NCBI RefSeq assembly: GCF_009914755.1
Contig: NC_060931.1
DNA: 64,000 bases
Strand: one strand, 5' to 3'
Origin: the human T2T-CHM13v2.0 reference genome, Homo sapiens
The first letter of the stretch is position 1, and each line of letters begins with the position of its first letter. Shown here piece after piece: positions 55,276 to 64,000 of this stretch. Below the pieces are notes generated by a model. That model saw nothing but the letters and a program-made list of their open reading frames with translations, searched no databases and was not told the origin of the DNA. The translations under genes and the position numbers were made by a program.

Positions 55276-57947
55276 GTAAGTGTTCAGTAAATGTAATTAG
55301 TATAATTATTAAAATATTCATGATTATTATTCCTTTAAAATATTCTAGAAATCTTCATGTTATCTAATCTGGAAAAGAATTTTTCTAGCTCCATTGCTAA
55401 AAAAATTCTTCAAATTCAAATTTATTTCTGTATCTCTTAATAGAAATGAGGAAACGTATTTCCTCTTCCTGTAATAGTAGTCTCAGAACACGTGACTGTC
55501 ACTTGTGTGTCTCTGTGAGTGACTGTGTGGAAAGAACTTATCTGACTCACTCACTTCTCTGTGCCTTGGCTTTGGGTATATGGCTGCAAGTCTCTGCTAA
55601 TTACTCCTATGCCACTTTCAGCACAAATATCACTTATTATGTGCTGCTTGAATATTATTTTCTTTATTTCTAAGTTTGGTCCATTCAGTCCTCTCATGGC
55701 ATGAGTTGCTTTTCTTATTTCCACATAAGTATTTGAAAACTTGTCAGAATGCTATTTTCATTAGACACTTTTCATTATTACGCTGTCATCACTGAACAAG
55801 TTTATTTCAAAGCCTTTTGAGAAAAATGACAGAAAACATAGCATTTTATTTCCTTGGCCGTTCATTAGATTAGAAATGTCAAGAAAGACTTAGATTATAC
55901 TTATTTTTATTAAAAGGAATGAGAGACTTTTCTTGAAAAAAAGAAAAAAAGAAATTTAAATTTTGAATGCTACGTCTTAGGGCTCTATGCAGTGAAACAT
56001 TTTCTCTTCATTGTTTAGAAAGACTTACATTTTATTTTAAAATTCCTGCCCGTCTTTTTCTCTTGAAGAGATAAGATACTCTAATCATTCTAGAACACCA
56101 GCTATTAATCTGAAATTAAATCTATTACGTGCCAGAAACAAATTACCCCAAAGTTAACCTAAAATATCATCAGGGTAACACCTTCAGTTACAAATTATAG
56201 TAACATCTTAGATAATAAATTTCAGCAGCTATTAAAAGAGAGATGATAATAGTACCTTTGTCTGAGGCTTCTTATGATAATTGACTTTAAATATGTAGAG
56301 CATCTAATACTGCATGTGAGGCTGAATTCTATGAAATTACTAATACTGAAGCATTTTTGGCCTACAGAAGGAACGGTTTCATGTGGTTCAACCGAAGTGT
56401 TGCTCGTTAATTTTGAGTTTCCCATTCACCACTGCACTGACCTTTAGCCAGGACAGTACTTACTAATTATAATTTAAAGGTCGCATGGATAGAGAGCAAG
56501 GCAGACTTGTTACGACAAACCTGTGTCTTGTCTATCTTGGTATGGTGGTGCCTCAGTTAGCACAGGGCTTTCACTCTCTTACTATGGCCAGCTTCACAGT
56601 CTCTGTGACCCTTCAACCTGTCCCATGACTTCTGCTTACCCGTGGCCATGGTGTCTACTGATGGCATCACTATGCTCACTGCCTTCACCCATATGATTCT
56701 CATATGTGTAATTTACTAGCCAGTATCCAGCAAGGCCTGCTGTGTATGGGAGCTGGTGCCATAGAAAGTGTGGATGAGGTTATGTGTAGGTATCTCTGCT
56801 GGTGGTGGGTTGATGATAACCATATTTGACGCCCTTAAATTTCTAAAATTAGGAGTCATTGTATTCATTCTAGATTGAGGAGGATAGCATTTAAATGGGG
56901 CTTAAGTATGCCTTGTAAGTATGTAAAAAGATATAAAATTACCATGCATACTGTCTTTCAATAACATAACAAGACTGTAGTTTAGTGAGCTCAAGGTGAC
57001 AAAATAGCCATTATTTTCTTACTGTGAGAGTCATTTTGTTTATTGTTTGCATGAGTGACAATTTTTCCAATGAAACTTTCTTGGTTAATAGACCCTTTCT
57101 TATACATAAATATGAAATAAGAGGGTGATAGAAATCAGATATTATATCTAGTTTTTATGACTAGCAGATTACACAGAATAAAAACATCACAATGACACAA
57201 AACATAATCTTACACATTAGACAAAGGCATACAACTTTAAAAAATATTGCAATCAAAAAGATGTAATTAAATTACCCTGATTCATTGAAACTTTAGCTTT
57301 TAAAAGGTTCATTTTTGTGGGTATAAATAAATTTTGTTATCTTAATTTTATACAAGTTACAATTATATTATTGTTAATGACAGATACCAAATTTAATAAT
57401 GTCACCTTGTTTTATGTTTTATAAAATTTGCTTCATTTTTCCACCTAAGCAGATATGCTGTCAAAATGTGGTGTTACCTGAAATTTTAAAATGCATCTCT
57501 TTTCCTTGTGTAATTTTATAATAAAATAGTTAAGAATGAAGAATTATAAAAAAGTTAAGAATTTTATTTTGAAGACTGATATTCTAAGTTGCATATAGCA
57601 AAGAAGTTACGAACTTTTATAGTCAAGGACCTCATAACACATGATAGATGCTAATTTTAATTAAATTTATTATTTCAACTTTGAAAAATGGGGTAGGAGG
57701 AGAGTATGAATCAGAGGATGAAGTAACTCACAATTTAGGCTATAGGGGCCACATTTTTCTAACTTAATATTCCATGATTATTTCCAAAGGTTACTTAAAT
57801 CCAATATATGACTCAGAGCTTCAGACTTAACGTCATACATTTTCACATAGGTTTTAATTTGTGGAGAAAGGACATATTCTGATATTATTATAGAAAAGCC
57901 ATTGGATTCTATGGTGTGATAATAAGAGATTTCAGGTCTGGGTCTTC

Positions 57948-58394
57948 TTTATCAGTCAGCTTTTGTATTGCAATAACCTACAATCTCAATTCTCAAAGGC
58001 TTAGAGCAAGATCATTTGCTTTTTGTTCATCTGAGGACTGCCGGGTGAGTTTGGGTTGGCTGGGCTCAGTTTCACTGGGCTTTTGATTCCAGGAGCCCAG
58101 AGTGAAGCAGCAGCCACTATCCTGCAGTTTTCAACGCAGAGGACATACCAGGGGAGACAGAGGCTGAGCCAAATCAAATAATCACATTGAAACCTTTTGC
58201 TTAATCATACCAATGTCATGGCTGCTCATATTCATTAGCCAAAGCAGCCACATGACTTGGCAGAAGTTCATAGGGTTCTGATGCTTATTCCTCCCATAGA
58301 ATGAACAGGAATTCTCATATAACTATAATTGACTATATCAAATCCCATTGCTGGAAGTGGGTGAATAGCTGGGAATAGTAATCCACTGTATTAC
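57948..58394 (-). mobile_element. MLT1 (MLT1I-like) MaLR solo LTR
   Basis: TATCAGTCAGCT...GGCTGGGCTCAG...GAAGCAGCAGCCACTA...GCTCATATTCATTAGCCAAAGCAG.CACATGAC...GAATAG.TGGGAATAGTAATCCA..TATTACA. Confidence 0.7.
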
Positions 58395-59164
58395 ATATGC
58401 CACCAAATGATTCAGCAACTTTCCAGTTTCCTACTGGACAGAGAGAGGCCTGTCTCTCTGGAAAGTCGCTCCTCCTTTATATGACCGCCCTGACAGACCT
58501 TGCACTTGCAACTTGACTCCCTGCTGAAAACCACTTCTACTCTGTTTTCGGAAATACCTGTAGTGTCAGTAGACAAAGTAGAACAAAATGAGAAAATAGA
58601 GAGAGGATGGGATCTGAAAACTAGTATAAGTCAGGGCAGGAAAAAAGGAAGAGTCTGAAAGCAAGCTTGGAGAGCTGACTCTTAGACCAGAATAGAAAAC
58701 ATTTTCTTCAAAATATTCGCCCCTTTTCAAATGCAGAATTAGGCCAGTTATGTTTTAGGATACCCATTGCCTTATATTCTTAAAAAGAAAAGAAAAAGAA
58801 GGAAAAGAAAGAGATAACACTTAATAGTCCATAACAAAGTGTCAACGGGATAGACACATGCTTATTCAAACCACAGATATGATCCAGTTAATTTCCTTCT
58901 TAAAATGTGCCCATAGTGTCTTATTGCCTCATCGTAATGATAATAATGAGAGCAACAATTATAATGGCAAAAGCAAGGACTCCTGCCATTTACTGTTTGT
59001 GTATTAAATGCTCCACTCTACACTAAAAGCTTTATGTACAGTCTTATTCCTCAAAATAAATATGAGAAAAACAACTTTACCAAACTCACATAGTTAATAA
59101 AAGTATTTTTATGAGCCACCACAATACTCAAAAATGGTGCAATACTGTGTTTTCATGAATTTCA

Positions 59165-59640
59165 CCCAATCTAGCTTTCCTGACTCATCTCTTGCCTTCC
59201 CCTCTGTGATTGCTAAGTACAGACACACAGAAGTGCTGCCATTTCCTCACTATACTCTACTATTTCACGCCTCTGTGAGTCTGTATCCATGAATTTCTCC
59301 ACTTGGAATGGCTTTTCTAGCCACACTACTCCTTTGCCAACCTAACAAATTCTGTTTCTCTTCTAATGACTCTTCTAGACGCAGTCCTCTGCCACCTGCT
59401 CTAGGAAGGTATGCCATAGGTAGATAAGTTGTCTCCTGCATTTGCTTGCAGTCTCCACACACTGCAGCGATCACATACACCTGCACATAAAATGTCTTTG
59501 CTATACATGCCCATTCCTGGGCCCACACAAGTCTTCCACCCTTCCTCAGGTGTGAATACCTTAAGGGTCTTCTTTATTCCTATTTTATTTTATATTCCAG
59601 TGTATGTTCTAACAAGTAATCAAGTGACTTGAATGGAAAT
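59165..59640 (+). mobile_element. L2 fragment
   Basis: Pyrimidine-rich L2 3' region (TCTCCACTTGGAATGGCTTTTC, CCTAACAAATTC, TGTGAA..CCTTAAGGG...TATATTCCAGTG). Confidence 0.55.
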
Positions 59641-59814
59641 CTCAATAGCCAAACTGAGTTGTTGCTGTACATTTTTAATATTTAACAGAGAGATGGATCT
59701 ATTGGAGGCAGTCATCTGAGATGATCAGATATAATGGCCAATAGCAACTATGCTAATCATAAAATTTAAAATGTAAAAAATTGCTTCGTCAAACTGTTTT
59801 AAAAGATGTATCTA

Positions 59815-60299
<485 letters not shown>

Positions 60300-63200
60300 C
60301 TATTCTCTGGTTTACTCATCCCCAGTTTTCCAATCCATCAATAAGGATAGCCTCAATTATCTAATAAGCATTTCATGTGTATTTCAATAAAATAATGCAT
60401 TTTAATGAAAAATTCTTAGAATAGTTCTTGGCACATGCCATATTTAAATGTCGCCACTGCCTCATTCATACAGATCGTACCCAAGTAAAAGTGTATATAT
60501 GGAGAATAAAAATGAAAACAGGAAGTAAGACAGTAAATGGAGGAAGTCATTTAGATTTGATAGCATGGTTTCCAAAGGCAGTGTCCTATTAGAAGTGTTC
60601 AGGTAAATAAAACGTTATTGGCAGAGACAGATGGTAAAGCCATTTTAGAAATAAAAATTAACCAGGTAAGCACATGCCAATTTTGGGAAAACAATTTATT
60701 GTACCTTTTTTTCTGGAGCTTATTTCAATGTAAAAGTACTTTAAAAACTTAGAAAATAGGGTACATATTAGGTAAAAGAGAGTCTTGCAAAAATGGATCC
60801 AGCAAATATTAGTGAAGAGAAAAAGATGATCAGAACTCTGAGTTTCAGTGATTTGTCTTGTACCATATTCAAGCTGTAATCACTGAAGGTAGGAAACAAA
60901 CCAGCAAAACATTTGTAAGGTGATGGTATCATTTAAAAAAAATAGAGAAACATTACAGACAACTTAAATTGGAAACAAATTGGAAACAATTTTTAAAGTT
61001 ATATAAACACCACATTTCAAAAGGATTGCATGATATCAGAATGGGAATTTCTAGTAGAAAGTTGAAAAAAAAAATGAGACTCAAGGGAGACTGTTAGTGT
61101 GGTGGTAAGATTGGGTAGAATAATTCAGATCTCAACCATGGGAATAACCTGTTGAATAATCATGTGAATACTAACAGGTCACAATAATCCCGTGAATGAA
61201 CATGTTGAATTTCGGCATAGAGAGACAGCATTGTTATTGCCAAAAGAGCTGAGTAGAAAGGAATTTTGTGATGAGTGATTTCAAGCTACATTTCTCTGAG
61301 TATCAATGTGCCCATCTGGAAAATGCAACAATAAACAGCCCTCACATAATTGTGAATATTAAAAGATTATTTGAAGTGTCTACCACTTTGCTGATAGGGA
61401 TTCAACAAAATTAAATTTTTCATACCGAAGAGTAGAATTTTCCGTCAGTACCTCATGGGGCATCAACAATGATGATAAGCAGTAGAGGCTGACTTGATAT
61501 TAGATAACATTAGGTGACCAGTGAGCCAAGACATTCACTTCTTTGGCTTTCCTTCAGTAAAGTAAGTTACCTAAAATCTGAATTAGAGTAAGCAGATGTT
61601 GACAGGGATAAATGAATAGGAAAAGCATGCAGAGAGTTAAGAAAGAAGGCATCTAGGATATTTGTCAAGAAGGATTAAAGGCAGGTTTTATGTATGCAAA
61701 CCTGGATGGTGAAAATGGATAGTTTACTGTGCTGACTTCGTTCAGAGGTGGTATAATTAGACAGAGAGACAAAGCCGCAAATGTGACTTAACTTGGGCAC
61801 AGACTATGAGATAGTTGGCATTTGTAGCTGGAAAGTGTAAGGGCCGGTTCCAGAGGTTTGCACTGTAGCAGTCCATTGTGATGACAAGATCCTGGAATTC
61901 ATCATGAGACAGAGTGAATTATGTGGAGAAGGAAAGTGAAAACAAGAAGGATGAACCCAGTCTGGTGGAATTTATGTCTTCCTCCCTTCTAAATTTTGAC
62001 TGTGAATAAATCTTGTTGCAAAAGAAAAGGTCATTATTAATAGCATCAGTCATGGATGAAAACAAATTAGAAAACTTGTTTGTTTTATTGAACATGATTC
62101 AGCAGCAGAGGTGATTTGAAATATCCTATAGGGAAGGAATTCATGCATGCATAAAGTGTGTTGGGGCAAACCCTACTGGAAGCTTCTTTGGGTCATAGGT
62201 CTTCCTGGCCTTTTCATTTGTGCAGCCTCTTGGCAGGTCATCACTACTTTCTAATTCTAAGTCCTGAAAATTGCCTATGAGGTAAGTTTCTATTTCATTA
62301 AATGTTCTATTAAGACAAGTTTTCTATTGTCAGTTTTGTTATGACCAAATTCATAAATGGAACATATAATAAAATGTTAGGAAATTTGGACATTTTATTT
62401 CATGATTATTGATTTCTAAATTTATGTAAGGTCCATTCTGTGAAATTCCTAGAGAAATTTAAAGAGTTTTCTTTAGAATATTTTATTTGCAGTTATTGAT
62501 ACATGTAACAAAAATATGGGTAGTATTTTTGCTTTCTATGACAAAATATTTATAGTTAAGATATTAAAAATATAACGAATATTAATTATACAAAAATAAT
62601 ACATTTTAGAATGATAATTCAAATACAGAACCCATCAAAATCAATAACTATATGTTAGTATCAATAAAATGCCAATTAAAAATATAAGAAAATATGAGAA
62701 AATACTAAGAAAATATAAGAAAATAATTTAAGAAAACCTCTTAAGAGATAGCTTAAGAAACTTTCTTTTACCCATAAAATCCCATGCCTTACCACAACAC
62801 GGCAATGCAGATATTTCCTTCAATTACTGGTGGGAAAAAAAAACATGAGATTTGAAATATCAAATAAAATGTGTAAAATCAAAAAAATAAACAGTAAGCT
62901 AAAACTTGGAGGTTTTTATTTTTTCCCTACTACATCTCTAAGGCGTTGTGAGATTCATTTAAGCTAGAACAAGTAGAATGTGTTCTAGAAATGGCATCCA
63001 TAGGATAGTTTAATAACCGGAAAACAATTATCCACAATGTTTCAAAGCATACATTTGGTTTGTTTGTTTTTAGCATTTTAATTTGTAGGTTCATTCAAGT
63101 TACCACATCCACCAATTAATTGCAAAAGACCTAGCCACAGGCAATAGTTGACTACTTTTGCTTTCCTTTATTTGAACAACTGTTATTATGCAGATTTCTT

Positions 63201-63699
63201 GTTAGAATTATTCTGCTGTAAGAGAGTGAAGTCTACCTAATTTCATGAATATAAAGGGGGAGATGAATTATGAGAAATATACAGGAGTACTCCATGAAAC
63301 CCAGCAACAAAAAGTACAACTGGAAATTACAACCAGAGCCAGAAGCAAGAGTGGTATAGGAAGAAAGATGGCTACTTCTTACATCTCTGCCTCTTTTTCT
63401 TATCTTTCTATATATCTGCTCTGTTTCCCTTTCTGTGTCAGTAAGGCAATACCTTCTGCTGTTTACAAGGCCCCAAAATGACTGTTTTACTTATACCTAG
63501 GTGTACTTGACTTTCCATTTTCAAAAACTATCACGTACTTCCAGATGTAAAAGGATTATGTCTCTTGGATTAAATTCTAGAGGAATAAAATGGGATTGGC
63601 CCAGGTGTTCTAATGGACAGTATTTCTTTCTGTGAGAATGAAGGGAAGAGACAGCAGAATATGAACATGGAAGCCCTGGCCCAATACTTTAGCCTAAGC

Positions 63700-63824
63700 C
63701 AGTGGTTTTCAAACTTGAGTCCCCATCAGAATCACTGGGAGGCTGTGTTAAGACACAGATTGCCAGCAAGTTTTCAGGTGATAATAAGGTCACTGGACCA
63801 GAGAACATACTTTGAAAATCACTA
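63700..63824. mobile_element. MER5A (hAT-Charlie), internally deleted
   Basis: Terminal inverted repeats CAGTGGTTTTCAAA / TTTGAAAATCACT; CATCAGAATCAC.TGGAGG...TTAA.ACACAGATTGC. Confidence 0.8.
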
Positions 63825-63934
63825 GTTATGCTGTGGGATTGTAACAGTTCTCAACAAGAGGAAATGGACAAATATTCCAACGATGTGCTATCTGTACCTT
63901 TTTGTGCAATTGAGCCGCTTTGATTATCCAGCAA

Positions 63935-64000
63935 TTTTTTTTTTTTTGGAGACGTGGTCTTGCTCTGTCACCCAGACTGGAGTGCAGTGGTGTGATCTCG
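63935..64000 (-). mobile_element. Alu 3' end, cut by the window edge
   Basis: Poly(T) then GAGAC..GGTCTTGCTCTGTCACCCAGACTGGAGTGCAGTGG. Confidence 0.9.

Larger units (their letters stand above)
49645..55312 (+). mobile_element. MIR split by the HERV-H insertion (49645-49868 and 55276-55312)
   Basis: Left ...GGGTTCGAAT...AAGTGAGATTA...AAAGCACAGCTTACTTGTGATTGTAAG joins right GTAAGTGTTCAGTAAATGTAATTAGTATAATTATT, following the MIR tail GCACAGTGCCTGGCACATAGTAAGCGCTCAATAAATGTTAGCTATTATT. Confidence 0.7.

Noticed and set aside
62678-62737. Degenerate (AGAAAATATA)n run, and an 11-bp duplication at about 60966-60988
   Set aside because: Ordinary slippage products in very AT-rich DNA.

Overview
Primate (human-like) AT-rich non-coding genomic DNA with no recognisable host protein-coding exon, RNA gene or CpG island. 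The window is a mosaic of interspersed repeats: 12 Alus (J, S and Y), a 5'-truncated L1PA, older L1/L2/MIR fragments, hAT/Tigger DNA-transposon relics, five MaLR LTRs of the THE1/MST type, MER21, two LTR16, an MLT1, and a 5.4-kb HERV-H/LTR7 provirus on the minus strand (49869-55275). The most unusual feature is that HERV-H. It has one complete LTR, a His-tRNA PBS and the internal region through the polypurine tract, but the 3' LTR is absent to the exact base. A perfect 5-bp target-site duplication (GTAAG) and an uninterrupted host MIR still flank it. All ten LTR-class elements point the same way (minus), which suggests an intron of a plus-strand transcription unit. Several recent local duplications and templated insertions are also visible. 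Repeat names come from remembered consensus sequences, not from a database search; boundaries of old repeats are approximate.
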